64,000 bases of DNA from Octopus sinensis (Eukaryota), in contig NC_043000.1 in the NCBI RefSeq assembly GCF_006345805.1, positions 136,834,001 to 136,898,000 of the forward strand. Direction: 5' to 3'. Positions 40,696 to 54,559 of this stretch are shown here, piece after piece; positions within the stretch are counted from its first letter, which is position 1; every line of letters starts with the position of its first letter. The notes beneath the pieces were generated by a model. The model was not told where the DNA came from, made no database searches, and saw nothing but the letters and a program-made list of their open reading frames with translations. The translations under genes were made by a program, and so were the position numbers.

Positions 40696-41135
40696 TAAAT
40701 ATTAGGGAATAAATCCAAATTTACAGGGAAAAAAATCAGATTTAGGATTAAATCCAATTTTATAGTAAAATATTATAAAATAATATAAAATATTAGCAAA
40801 GGGAGATTTTATCGTTATATGTTTTTAAGAGTTTTGTTTTATCATGGTTTTTTTTTAGGGAATTCGTGGTAATTTGTCTATATTTTCGATATGGTTTATA
40901 TATAGGTTATATATGGATTATATACTTATATTTTTTCATTTATACTTTAATTATTTAAAATTATTATTTTTTTATTTTTTAAAATTTTGATTTTTTAGAT
41001 TGGAAGTCCACCTGAAGATTGTCGATCAAGACAAGAAACGATTGTAGTGGCGGTTTTTTTGACTATTTATTAAAATTTTATGTATTGATTAAGTCTTTCC
41101 TTGTTTGTTTTGCAAAATAGTGGTTTTGTCTCTAA
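40696..41135 (+). mobile_element. Second Penelope-like pLTR element in (TA)n with inverted 5' segment
   Basis: 40696-40798 equals the leader of 36801; 41000-41135 equals the right arm of the 37-kb palindrome. Confidence 0.75.
41008..41050 (+). ncRNA. Minimal type I hammerhead ribozyme, intact core
   Basis: Stem I 41008-11/41047-50, CUGAAGA 41012-18, stem II 41019-23/41030-34, GAAA 41035-38, GUA triplet 41044-46. Confidence 0.78.
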
Positions 41136-41137
41136 TA

Positions 41138-41196
<59 letters not shown>

Positions 41197-41279
41197 ACAT
41201 ATATATATACATATCTATATATGTATATATATAAATATATATATATATGTGTACATATATATATACATATCTATATATG

Positions 41280-41403
<124 letters not shown>

Positions 41404-41734
41404 AAATTAAGAGGAATAGTCATTCCTCTTAATTTTGTATGTAATATAATTTTAAATTTTCGGATTTTTTTAAATATGCTAAACCATTGGTTTTAATTGA
41501 TTAATATCAATTTCTACTCTCATACTTAATTTATATATACAGAGTCTGGACAGATTTCTTCAAGGAATACCAGATAAGCCACCCATACCTGGGTACAACT
41601 CATTCAACAAGAATTCACTACTTGAATGGACCATAAACAAAATTTGACTTAAAAAGGATTTAGATGATCCTATCAGGTGGTGCTATTAAGTTAGACATGG
41701 CCTGGACCAATCTTTGGTCGAAACATATCTAAGT

Positions 41735-41849
<115 letters not shown>

Positions 41850-41874
41850 ATGTACATATTTATGTGTATGTATG

Positions 41875-41911
<37 letters not shown>

Positions 41912-41944
41912 GTACGTATGTATGTATGTATGTATACCATACTA

Positions 41945-42185
41945 ATCATATCTGTCGGGCATGTGGATGAGAGTGTAATTCGGCAGGAAGACTTAAACGA
42001 CATGCAAAGTTACATGAAGCCCAGTTACAACTACAGCCGACTATTACCAGTAAAGGTTTTAGTTGCCAATTTTGTACAAGACATTGTAGATCTTTAGCTG
42101 GGCTAAAAAGTCACATTCGATCACAGCACCAATAACAGTTAAGCTTCGTGCAATGGCCATACTCGATAACGAGGGGGCAGCCATA
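41945..42185 (+). mobile_element. RTE LINE 3' end with two C2H2-like fingers
   Basis: [16 protein letters not shown]...[24 protein letters not shown]; (ATGT)n tail. Confidence 0.75.
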
Positions 42186-43639
42186 ATGTATGTATGTATG
42201 TATTTATGCATGTATGTATTTATGTACACGCTTAATTTTCTTGTCTGATAGGAGGCATCATAGGACAGTACTACGCTGATATCACCCATTGCGGAATAAA
42301 CATGCATTAATTTCTTTCCTCCTTTAGCAAAAGATACAAAATAGATTGACTTATTTTTAATGAGATGTTTATCCAAGATATTGATTTTTAACCACTAGAG
42401 ATTATCTCTTGCTTCTTATTTGGAGTCAGTTACAATTACATTAGGTGTATGTTTACCCTCTCTCAAGGCGAGGTACTTTCAATAAATCAAGAAGTTATCA
42501 TGTATAATAGCTACTATAGTTATGTTTCGTCTTGGTAGTCCAAAATTATGCTACATCCAATCTGAATTATTTCTTTTTCCTTGAACTGTAATGAGGTAGT
42601 TTTGATTCATTCTTGCATGTATGTATATATGTGTGCATAGATACATTTCTTTCTCTAACGAATGAAACAAGATGATTATATATATATATATATATCATCT
42701 TGTTTCGTCCATCGCCTTAATCCGGGACTTTCTGATCGGGATGGGCAAGTCGGCCTCAGGAAAATTCTACCTGGACCCCACCTGCAAGCTCATGCACTAT
42801 TTATCTTGATATTAGATCACTAAGTTACGCAGATATGGTTGCTGTGCAAAATACTTTTAATAAAAAACACGTGTCTCACTTTTCACATCTGACATCCTTC
42901 AAAATAGAGACTTTTTGATGATATTGCTCAAAAAATTATTCTAAAAAGTTAATTAATTTACAGCTATGGCAATATAGCTGTGAATAGAGGAAACGGAGAT
43001 TGAAGTACCTCAAGTATAAAATGCAAATATTTGGCTATACACGGGAAAATCTCTTTTTAAGCTTCTCACAAATATATGTGCATGCGTGTGTGTTGTGCGC
43101 GCGCACGTGTGTGTGTATTTACATATTGGTATATGCATTGCTTTGCGGTACATATAATAGGTCAAATTTTATTGCAGTCCTTATTTGCGCTAGATCAGGT
43201 TTCAGTTTTCGTAGAAAGTACTGGACGAAATGTTTACAGATAAACAACTATTTTTTGATGCATTTTACTTGGAATGTGATGCATTTTACTTGGAATGGAT
43301 TTTTCCCCATTCAACTACTTACTTTTGTATGTATGCATTAAAAGTTAAACTGTATATATGCCCCATGCCAAAATTTAATTTAATACAGTGATTTATATAA
43401 AAAGACAACAGATGACAGCTAAATAACACGACGATAGGATTTTTCTCTCTTTTCTACAGTCTTATTTTGAATGTTATAATTTATTTTATATTGTAACAAA
43501 TTTGAGGTTTGGAATGTTCTATTTATATTGACAATATTAGAAGGCATAAATCAAAAGACTTGACAGAATCCAAACATGCATTTATAGATGAATCAATCAT
43601 AAGCATTCGCACATATCTAACATTCGTTCCTTAAAAATT

Positions 43640-43900
43640 TTTCCGTGAATAATACGAAATTTCTTAAATGAAAGAATTAAATGCTGATATAAAATTAAAT
43701 GTCAAATTATTACAAATAGATTTAAAAGATATCTTATGTAATTATTTGGCAAAAGAAAACGGAAAACAGAATTGTATCAATGAAATGCAGTTACACATAG
43801 AATCACAGTTAAGACCATCGTAAATATTACAATTTTTTAGTCTTGATACGTCCAAAGATATTTCACTAAAAACAGCCTCTCAAGGATTAACACTTTGTTT
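43640..43900 (+). mobile_element. hAT transposase N-terminal catalytic relic
   Basis: EMQLHIESQL...FFSLDTSKDIS resembles EM..DIE.QL...FS.QLDESTDIS. Confidence 0.45.
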
Positions 43901-44624
43901 CATGAGAGTACTTGAGTTCTCAGCAGTTTATTAGCGTATGTAACTCGAAAGAGCACCTCCATTCTCCTATCTACTTATCGAGATGAAGAGGCTGCTGCCC
44001 ATTAACACATTCTACATTGCAACAACTGCACAAATGCAATTATATTAATTTGGAAGCACTTCCTTGTGAACGAATTAAGGCCACAAGGCAAAGGACATGT
44101 TATATCTTGATTCAATCGTTTCTAATGCTGTTTTAAAGATATTTCCTTTTCTGGAATACCTAGCTCTGCACCACCTCCTCAGCCAAGCCATCTTAACTGA
44201 TTCATTCATTTATCTTCCGCTTGTCATCTCCACTTCATTTCATAAATCATATTTCACTCAGACATTTATCTCCAATCCCAGTCCTTTAAGCCAGTCGTTC
44301 TTCACATCTTTTGATCATGCCTCGCCTGTGACTCCTCAAATAATTTATACTTTCTCCATTATTAACATAAAAACAAATTTCGTATCACAAAGTTATAATT
44401 TTAAATTCCAACAATGAGTGCATTCAAGAAGAGTTATATCAAATATGAATATAAAAAAACAACAACTTGAGACTGAAAGTAATATATTATTTCCTTAAAT
44501 GGAAATTTTTAGTTCAAAAGTTACAATTTATATTTATATAAACAAGCAATTTAATCAATAATGCCACTTAAATTTTATGATATTTGGTAAATATACATCA
44601 AATTCAAAGTTCGGTAATTTCTAG

Positions 44625-45500
44625 TTAGTGAGATCCTTGAGTTTGATGTTTATTAGAAATGTTTTTGATTTCAGGCACTACCTTAGCTTCAGTCATTAAG
44701 TCTTCTCACATTTACGCATACTTTTTTCTATAGTTACTTACATCACTAAAACGGTATTCCACTAAATATAAAGATTAGAATGGCAACTGTATCTCTTTTG
44801 ACAAACAAGTTAAATTTAGTATTTAGTCTAGGTCTTATACCTGAGATATATCAGCGTTCAGTTTGCTTTAAATATATTTTTAACACATTCAATTCATTGT
44901 TCTGTATTTCAGAACACCTTTCTTGATATTTCATGCCCACTTCAGAAAAGTTCACTAGTAATGAATGAGTTGAATGCTTTTAATTTGGAAAATCTGTTAT
45001 TCAAATCACAGGTTAGTATTTTCAAACGGTCCTCTATGAAAGCAAAAGTATCATTTATTTCGTTGTACTTATTTAACCAATAAAATTGAATGTATACATT
45101 TCTTCGCAGAAATATTCTTGTAACATAATCCCAGAAATACAAAAAAAAAAGCCCCACATTGCTTTGTCTTTAGATCATTGAGAATCGAATTCACTTCCTG
45201 ATTCTATTTTTCTATATATTCGATTTTAGTAAAACATTTTCTAAACAACACTCCAAATTTTTATCATCAACAATTTACAGGAGTTTCTTTTCAGGATTGT
45301 CTTATACAAGGGCGGTGCATCAGCAAGGCCGCAGCTCTGAGCTGAAACTAGAGTGGAAAAAAATACAAATTTCACTAAGAATACCAAATAGTCCCGAAGA
45401 TCTGTCTTTAAGCAACTGCACTGTGACACTCACCTAACGTAAGTGGAGAGCAGTAATCATATATGGTTCTGCGTTCTTATCCGCGCTAAATTGTCTGATT
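44625..45500 (-). mobile_element. hAT (Charlie/Buster-like) transposase C-terminal relic
   Basis: LLSTYVR*VSQCSCL (LLHTEVRWLS equivalent), LKILTCDLNNRFSKL, VEYRFSDV, KHQTQGSH*. Confidence 0.75.
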
Positions 45501-45976
45501 GTTTTGATAAATTATAAATTATATTACTGATTTCAATATCATTTGAAATCAATGACTGATGCACAAGGATCAATTTAGGGTTGTAATCCTTCATTAATAT
45601 GAAACCGTCATTTTTTATCACTCATCTTTATATGCATACACACGCACATACGTACGTGTGTATATATGTAAATGAAAAATATATAAATGCGTGTAGCGTG
45701 GATTTAGACATGAATGATTTGAAAGCAAAACTTGCTGGCTGATCAAGTCCGACACAAAACAATATTAAAAAAAGCAATATAAAAAAACATGCAAGATTAT
45801 CGTTTATTGTCAAGACAAGTAACCTAGGATACAAAACAATTCGCGTTTTTACACCCAGGAAAAAATAGGCATAAAACGCGTAGCATTAATACGATGCCAC
45901 CAGACAAATCAGATGCATATGCACCAAAGACAAAAACAAATTCCTGTACTTACTACGAAACACTGAATGTACTCAC

Positions 45977-46054
45977 AGTTGCAAAATACTGACAATATTG
46001 CCTAGGTAGAACAGCATTTACATTCTCCACGAACAAAGCACTAGATAAAGAAAT
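45977..46054 (-). CDS. Candidate 78-nt internal exon (ISLSSALFVENVNAVLPRQYCQYFAT), unidentified
   Basis: TTTTTCACCTGTAG acceptor, GTGAGT donor, open frame phase 0/0; no homology recognised and no partner exons found. Confidence 0.2.
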
Positions 46055-47335
46055 CTACAGGTGAAAAACAGTAGTCAACGAACGGTATTTTATCAAGCTA
46101 AAAGACTAGGCCGGCAGAACAATACAGACGGTAATACAGTGTAATAAATACGTAAGAGACTGCATTCATTGAAAATAAACTTAAAATGTATATAAAGGGT
46201 TTTATATTAAAACTCTTCAATAGTTAAACACAACAAATCTATAAAACAGGACAAAATGGAATACTCCAAAGGTAAATTCCATGTATCGTTGTTTTTATCA
46301 TTATTATTGTTGTTGTTACCATGTACTAAAAGAACATTATAATCAAAAATCTTATCAGCAACCCTAAGCCTCTAAACCGCAAACATGCTACTAATGAATA
46401 GTTTGATATACTAATACACACACAGAGAGAGTATTGCATTGATTTGGTAAATATAACAGTTAAAGTTATATTTATTGGCTTTCAAGTTATGCATACACAC
46501 CTGCACATATATATTTGTGTGTGCGAGTAAAAAGTTATGTGCTTTCGGTCATTTGAGCCCGAGGAGTTGGCTGTACGACGGCTAAGCACTTTAAAGGTGC
46601 AAAACTCTCTCACAGGCCATAACCATCAGCTTCCTAATATATACGTGTGTGTGTGTGTGTGTGCGTGTGCACATACATGCCTACACACATGCATACACGT
46701 GCACGTGTGTATGAATGTATGTAAGCGTCAACTCCGTAAATTTCAAGGCCCCTGCTCTTATACTGGCCACACAACTACTATACTTTACGAAGCGTCTACA
46801 ACAACGAGCAATTTATAATGTACTACATGATACATTACAAACAAAACTAGATAGGAAAACATTAATAGCCACTACATTATCCTGTACTGAATTCCCCTCA
46901 AATATAGACAATTATTACTGGCAAAAATACTCATGAAACAGCACAGTACTAAAATTAACACGCGGATGATCTATACAAATCATAAACTAAAATAAACATC
47001 TCGGTAATGACGTATGAATTAGCGGTAAAAAGAAAATCAAATTCCGATTTTACTTTAAACAACAATATTATTGCTCTAGCTAGTATAAGGCTGGAACAGA
47101 AGAGACCAACAACACTAACCTAAACATAAGTATGTGTGAAAGACTAGAAACATTAACTGTGGTTTTGCTAATGTTACTGTTCCAAATTAACCGCAAGAAT
47201 TTCATAGGGAAATTTAAAAAATAATAAACCTTAGTAATCTTGATAAAATGATAAAATAAAAATACAACTGTATTAATACATGTATAAAATGAGCTCTTTC
47301 TCGAACTATATATACATACACACATATACATACAT

Positions 47336-47367
<32 letters not shown>

Positions 47368-47533
47368 GCTTGTGTATGTTTATATATATATGTGTATGTA
47401 TATATATATATATATGCCTATGTATATTTATATATATATGTGTGTGTGTATATGTGCGTACATAACGTTTTTGTCGTTTTTTTGGGGAAAAATAAATCAA
47501 GAGACGAAGTACGCTCTAAGAAGTAGAGCAGTG

Positions 47534-47655
47534 TATATTTATTACTGGTGAAGGCCGGTTTATAGGGTTAGCCTGGGTTTCTCGCCATAAAGGTTACCTT
47601 TATGGCGAGAAACTCTGGATAGCCCTATAAACCGGCATTCATCAGTAATAAATAT
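47534..47655. repeat. 122-bp near-perfect hairpin flanked by TA
   Basis: Arms of about 60 bp with 6 substitutions; 3-nt loop at 47594-47596. Confidence 0.9.
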
Positions 47656-49943
47656 ATATGTACATATATATATATGTATGCACTGTCAATACAGTATTTC
47701 ACTTCTTTTGGCTCAGTATAAATAAACAAGTAAGCACACATAAGGAGCAGAACCCTTACTGCGAACGCACATTCATCATACACGTAATACGTATACAAAC
47801 GTACTACACACACGTGCATACGCATACAGACAAGCTACAAACATACGAGCATATGTGTATGTGTGTTCTTTTTTATTTTATTCTTTTAATCGTTTCCGTT
47901 GTAGGACTATGTTTTTGCTGGAACAGCGGGTTAAATGTGTATGCATGCATGCATGTATGTATTACGTATCTGAGTGTATGTATGTGTATCAATGGTTCAG
48001 CTCTTTATTTTTACCTGTTTATTGGATATTGCGTTGAAAGTAGTGAAATACTATGTTGTATGTATGTGAGAGTGTCGTAGTGGAATAGATGAGTTGGCTA
48101 TATTTTCATGAAGATCGGTTCGTCCAAGGTCTGGTAAGTATAAGATTGTTTTTCAGAAGGGGGCTAATTAGTCTGCACACAAAAGAAATTGTCACATAAT
48201 TCAGACGAGATCGAACTCACTCCTAACAGTATACTCACATTCAATGACTTCAATGAATTTTAATTTCGGAGTTATTTCCATCGCTTTTGAGTAAAATTAT
48301 CATTACCGCTAATGATTTTTATATTTTCAATATAACTCGTTCTTTTTCTTTTGCTTCACTGAACTAAATATCATAGTCTCCATTTAAATAATGTTATTAT
48401 GTGTTTGTATGTCTCTGTATGAGAGTTTGATAAATAAATTATCAATATCTCCTTGAAAGTATTTTTAGATATATTATTTCGAAATCACAAAAATGTGTGA
48501 GATGTAATATCCAGTGTGACCAAATTTAAAGATTAAATTCTATATTGATATCCAGCAAGGCAAATAATGTTATGGTACCAAGGATATTTCTTTAAGTAAT
48601 CTACGTTTTCGGCTGTTTGCAACACATGCTCACTTGATGTCTTCCACGTTTTACCATTTTAACTATAAATTCTCCAAATTCTATAGCTAATGACTGGACA
48701 CTTTCAGCTACAGGATTGCTGGCTACATTATGAATGATTTAATTATTGTAACAGCTGTTGTCAATGTGTTAACACGTTCAGGTCTGCAGCTGCTGGCATC
48801 ACTGTTAATGGATACTTTATATTTAACAATTCTGACCATATATCCTGTTGAGGAGTAGTAATGGTGACCCTGGTCGATTAAAAGTAGGCACCTAATTCAA
48901 TAATATATAATAACCAGTCTAGTTCCTCCGTCTCTGTTCTCTCTCTATACTACGATATATATATACACGAACGAATGCATATATCAAAAGGATGTGTTAT
49001 AATACTATTCCACACACACATATATATGTATGTATACACATTACCAGTCAGTGTTGTGAAAGGAAAACGAATTGAGAAATAGTGACCTTCAATAGCTTTC
49101 TCAATATGATAGAAAACAGGTCAAACTGAAAAGCAAAAATATATTGCATACTTGTTTTGCTGTAAATATTTTAGGAAAAAAACAATGTAGTTTTCAATTT
49201 TGGAATTTCTTATTAGTGTGTCTATCTAGCAATTATTGATTAAACGGTCAGACCCACACTTGTTTCACCTACTTATATCTACGTGTAAACGTGAGCTTTT
49301 CGAAAATCAGTTGGAAAAAAAAAACAAATACTTCTATCGTATTTCTATATCTACCGGTGTAACCACGCGAAGCATAACTGGTTTCAGTCCTTTCCATTCA
49401 TACCGTTATGTTCCACGCCAAAATTAAATTAGCTGGAGTGTACATCCCATATTATGAACAAAGCCAAATATAATGAATTGAAAAACTTTGATTAATTAGA
49501 TTATGTAAGCAATTATTAATCAAAAACTCGCTGAGAGTTTACAAGCTAAAATCAGCAACAAAGGGAGATCACGGAAATCGATGAATCGAAATTTTTGTAC
49601 GATATAGATAAAAAAAAAGGTTGAAGTGGATCTGGTTTTTAAACCAACAGATAGAAATAACAGACATATTTTGATCTTCTTAAACCTTTTCAGCGAAGTG
49701 TATTTTAATCAATTTGCAGGACTATGACCAATCAATATATACATGTGTGTGTGTGAATGAGGGTAGAACCAGAAGGAGGGCAATGACGTTAATTATGAAA
49801 ATCAACCGTATGGGCAGAAGGAAAACACCTCAGGCAAGCATTCTGTATACTAAGTACAAATATGGTAGGATCCCAATAATGTAATTATGTGAGCTGCATT
49901 GCTTATATGGAGTATTTTTACTCAACCGTATCGATTGATATAA

Positions 49944-49952
49944 TCAGCGCCA

Positions 49953-49983
<31 letters not shown>

Positions 49984-50246
49984 CATACATACATACATAC
50001 ATACATACATACATACATACATACATACATACATACATACATACATACATACATACATACATACATACATACATACATACATACATACATACATACATAC
50101 ATACATACATACATACATACATACATACATACATACATACATACATACATACATACATACATACATACATACATACATACATACATACATACATACATAC
50201 ATACATACATACATACATACATACATACATACATACATACATACAT
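49944..50246. repeat. Pure (TACA)n, about 300 bp
   Basis: Direct read. Confidence 0.97.
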
Positions 50247-50609
50247 AACAAACCGACACAATAAAATTCCATGACAAAAAATCGACCTCTTAAATTATCA
50301 ATTTGAACCATGCCAGAAAATGACTGTTTTCTACAACTGGGTAGCATACAACAGGCCAAACAATACAATCCAATTTCAACCATCTCAGAAAATTACCTCT
50401 TTCTCTCTTTCTTTTTTTTCTTTTCATCTTTCTCTCTTTCCATTTTCCTTTTTGCTCTTTGACCACACACGCATACTTAGATACGCGTACAAATATTCTC
50501 ATACACACACACACACATATATACACAGATACCCATAGATTCAAAATTACATAAAAAAACATTCTCGTCCCAATTCAGCCCCAGATTTTTTTCTACTAAC
50601 TCACATATG

Positions 50610-50965
50610 GAAGCACTCCGTCGGTTACGACGACGAGGGTTCCGGTTGATCCGAATCAACGGAACAGCCTGCTCGTGAAATTAACGTGTAAGTGGCTGAG
50701 CACTCCACAGACACGTGTACCCTTCTCGGGGATATTCAGCGTGACACAGAGAGTGACAAGGCCGGCCCTTTGAAATACAGGTGCAACAGAAACAGGAAGT
50801 AAGAGTGAGAGAAAGTTGTGGTGAACGAGTACAGCAGGGATCACCACCATCCCCTGCCGGAGCCTCGTGGAGCTTTAGGTGTTTTCGCTCAATAAACACT
50901 CACAACGCCCGGTCTGGGAATCGAAACCGCGAGCCGCTACCCTAACCACTAGGCCATTGCGCCTC
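50610..50965 (-). mobile_element. tRNA-SINE, head G, tail Y
   Basis: Reverse complement of 58119-58502. Confidence 0.88.
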
Positions 50966-51182
50966 AACTCACATATATAACAAAAGCATAAATTTTCTGT
51001 AAAAAAATCATTCCTGATGAATATCTGGATGAATATCATTTGCTGCTGAGGTCGACTTCGTCTTATATCCTCTAGAAGTCGGTGGAATAAGTACCATTTA
51101 AATACTTGAGTCGATGTAATCGACTAAACCCCTCTCCGAAAAATTATTTATCAAGGTCTCGTTGAAAGTAGTTTTAGATACT

Positions 51183-51446
51183 CTGTTGCGTCTGGGGAGA
51201 GTCATTTTCTTTTTGTCCTTTATAATTTAACACACTCACCGGTAAAATTTCCACTTATTTCTTATTTTTATTTTCCTAAAATTTTCGTTGCATCTTGCAA
51301 CTTTTTCAATAGTCTTGACTACTGAAAAGTTTGCAAGACACAACGAAAATTTTAGGAAAATAAAAATAAGAAATAAGTGGAATTCATACCGGTGAGTGTG
51401 TTAAATTATAAGGCACAAAAAGAAAATGACTCTCCCCAGACAACAG
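51183..51446. mobile_element. Palindromic element (Penelope pLTR-like) with hammerhead-like motifs beside the axis
   Basis: Arms of about 130 bp, centre at 51315-51316; motifs at 51276-51312 (minus) and 51319-51355 (plus). Confidence 0.6.
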
Positions 51447-54400
51447 AATATGCTTCCACATACGAACTCACATAAAGAATCTTGCAAACCAAATCCAAAA
51501 ACGAAATAAGTTTTAGATACATTATTCCGAAATCAGAATAATATATGAGATGTAAAATCCAATGTAACAAAATTTTAAATGCTATTAAGCATTTTTCCCG
51601 GCATACTAACCTTATGCCTATAATAGAAAAGATTTTTATGAACTCGTATAGGATGGCGAGCAAGCAGGATTTTTAATGTAGTGGAAAAATACGTAGCAGC
51701 ATTTGTTTTGATTCTTTGCGTTCCAAGTTCAAATCCCGTCGAGGTCGGCTTAGACCTTTATCCTTTCGGGATCGATAAACTGATGTACCAGTTAAGAACT
51801 GGGGTTGATGGTATCGACTAACCGACTCCAGTCAATATTATTAAAATTGCGTCAAAAGTAGAAAGCAGTTTTATGAAATTGTATTTTAGTCAGTATTTTC
51901 ATTTCTACGACATCTTAGAATAAGTCAAGCACAAGAATAGCTATTTTTGAAATTGGCAAGACAGGTCTATTAAAGAGTTATTTCATTCGAACCTGCTAAC
52001 TTGTCTGGTATTTTCTTGATTCTGAAAAATAAATGGAGAAGTTTTCAATTCAACAATTTATTATTGAATAAATAATTTTTTTTTTCAAACAAAAAGAAAA
52101 TTTCAATAGAAATTTCTTTTAAATAATGTTTAATTTTTCTTCTTGGATGTGTTTTTATTCGTGGTTTTTCTTTTATTAAGAATGTTTGATATTTTTAGTT
52201 GTATTTTTTTTGTTAAATAGAATTAAATCTCAATGTAACTTTTTCATACAGTTGATAAATTAATTGATACTTAAAATGCGCCACCCCTCCCAAAAAAATA
52301 AAATAAAATAAAACAAAACATAATTAAATGTATCGCCATCATTACGGTTACTGCTACAACTAATACTACAACTGTACTAACATAGCCAATTACACAACTA
52401 TAACCAACTTCATCGCTTTATTATCATCACCGTTTTTATTTAAAATTATGGTCATAGTACCAATGGTAATATTAATAAGAATAAGATGGAGAAGATGAAC
52501 AACAACAACAAGAATAGCTTAAAAACAAATAAAAAATGCAAAATAAATTTGAATAAGAGAATCTTTGTCAGTATAGAAATTAAGAATAACAACGCTAAAA
52601 CAATAAAAAAAACATCGTGGAAAAGAATTTTTATGTAAAATTATTTCACTCTGTTTTATTTTACGTTTTCTTATTTATATATTTTTTCGTTTCAATAGAA
52701 TAATTTGTTAGTGTAAAGAAAACATTTGTTGAGGTTAATATTTATTATATCACTCTTACAATTAATAAATACTTGCAATTACTCGATGCATTAAAGATGT
52801 TTTTCACCTAACCGATTCCTAATATTATACGTTATTTATATTTGTAGAACGAAAGTAAACAATAAAAGAGATGCCATTGAAATGAAGTTCACTTTGGTTT
52901 GGTAATTAATTGTTTTCTTCCTTCCGGGATCTCGTGGAATGGGTCGCCCATTACGCATGCACTCGTCTTACACACTCGTACATTATGATTTTATGACTGC
53001 TTTCAAAACAAAATACCAAAACTTTACTCAAAAACAGCAGTTTTGTTAAAGCACTGTATCTGTCCTCTATTTCTTTTCTGCAACACAACCGACTGTGCTT
53101 GTCTTTTGGGGTTTTTTTCCCTTGTACCTCTTAAATTCATTCGATGGCCTCCTAGCAAAGGCGAACCCATATTCCTTCTCTTTGTCTGTACTTAGTCCGT
53201 TTGTTATTTTTTCTTTTAACACCTACAATATTTTCAAATAACCACTACTACGTTTTCCTTCAATCCATTTCAATGGAGAATTTTTTTAAGCAAACGAATA
53301 ACGCTTGTAACCGGAAAGAGACTGGCGAAAAGCACGCTGCTTATTCTTATTTGTATAAACCGCTCTATATTCTATACATCATACAATTTGAAATACCTGC
53401 TATCAGTTTATTAATTGGTTGACATCGTAATGGCAACGCTCTCTGCATATTTAGGCAGTCATTTTAAGAGTTGCTATTCAAACGAATGATTCCCTGGATA
53501 CTCAGAGCCCACCGTAAATGCTCGGATAAATGGGCAACGCATATAGAAGCGTTAAATAATTGCAAGACTAGTGGGTCGGCAATGCCTTGTAGAACGGATT
53601 AAAAAGTAACAACTGCTACTGCTGCTACTACTACAACTACTACTACTGCTACTATAACAACTACTACTACTACTGGTTCTTTTTCGCGTGCCATGTTCAT
53701 AAGCATCAGCGCTTATGGTTCTCCACCTTCTGTCCCACACAACTGAAAGCATTATTCGGTTAGTCATTCTATAGCCTGATGTTAAAAGCATCGAGTATCT
53801 TCTCTATCTCTCTCTGTTTTCTCCGGATTCTCCTTCCTTTCAATTTTCCGAATGTCCAGTGAACTTAATCTGTTTCTTCATGTTGTAAAGATACTGAATA
53901 GAACTGATATCCACATATCTGAAGTCACACTGTTGCAATGTTTTCCAACACTTATTGTAAATTACTGGGAGGTTTTGCTACTTACTCTCTCTCTCTCTCT
54001 CACACTCTCTTTCTCCCACCTTCTCTTGTCGTCTAGTTACTGTATACGTCTTCGTTTCAAGACAAGGTATGAGTTATCTTGAAACTTAGTTCCTGTCTAA
54101 ATATGTTAAATGAAAATGAATTTGTAATCTAAACAGGTAGCAATGCAAACCTGTGGACATTTAATGAATCTCATTTCTGTTACCTTAATTAATACACTAT
54201 ATATATGATCTACACACATTGCTAAGGTTTTCTCGTGATCACGCCAGCGTATTCGTCTCGTTTACCTGGTATCTATTAAGGATATTTAGCTTTCTGGACA
54301 GGTTTCTTAATCATTTACATCCTCTTTAATCAGCATCTCTTCACAATACACGCACGCTTCCAGGAGAATATTATCAATTCCTCGTTATCTCTAAAGACCT

Positions 54401-54559
54401 AGAACCTAATGTAACCTGCATGGATTGGTTTCTAGGGAGGTAAAGGAGAAATGGGACTTATTAGTATTTATCTAAATGTGTTAAAGTGTGGTCAGATATA
54501 AAACACGATAGGTTACAGAGGTCAATCTATGTCTCTACGACGTGAATCAATTTATTCTT

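Noticed and set aside
53420-53440. ATGGCAAC RFX half-site in a slightly GC-richer region
   Set aside because: A single half-site with no TSS evidence.
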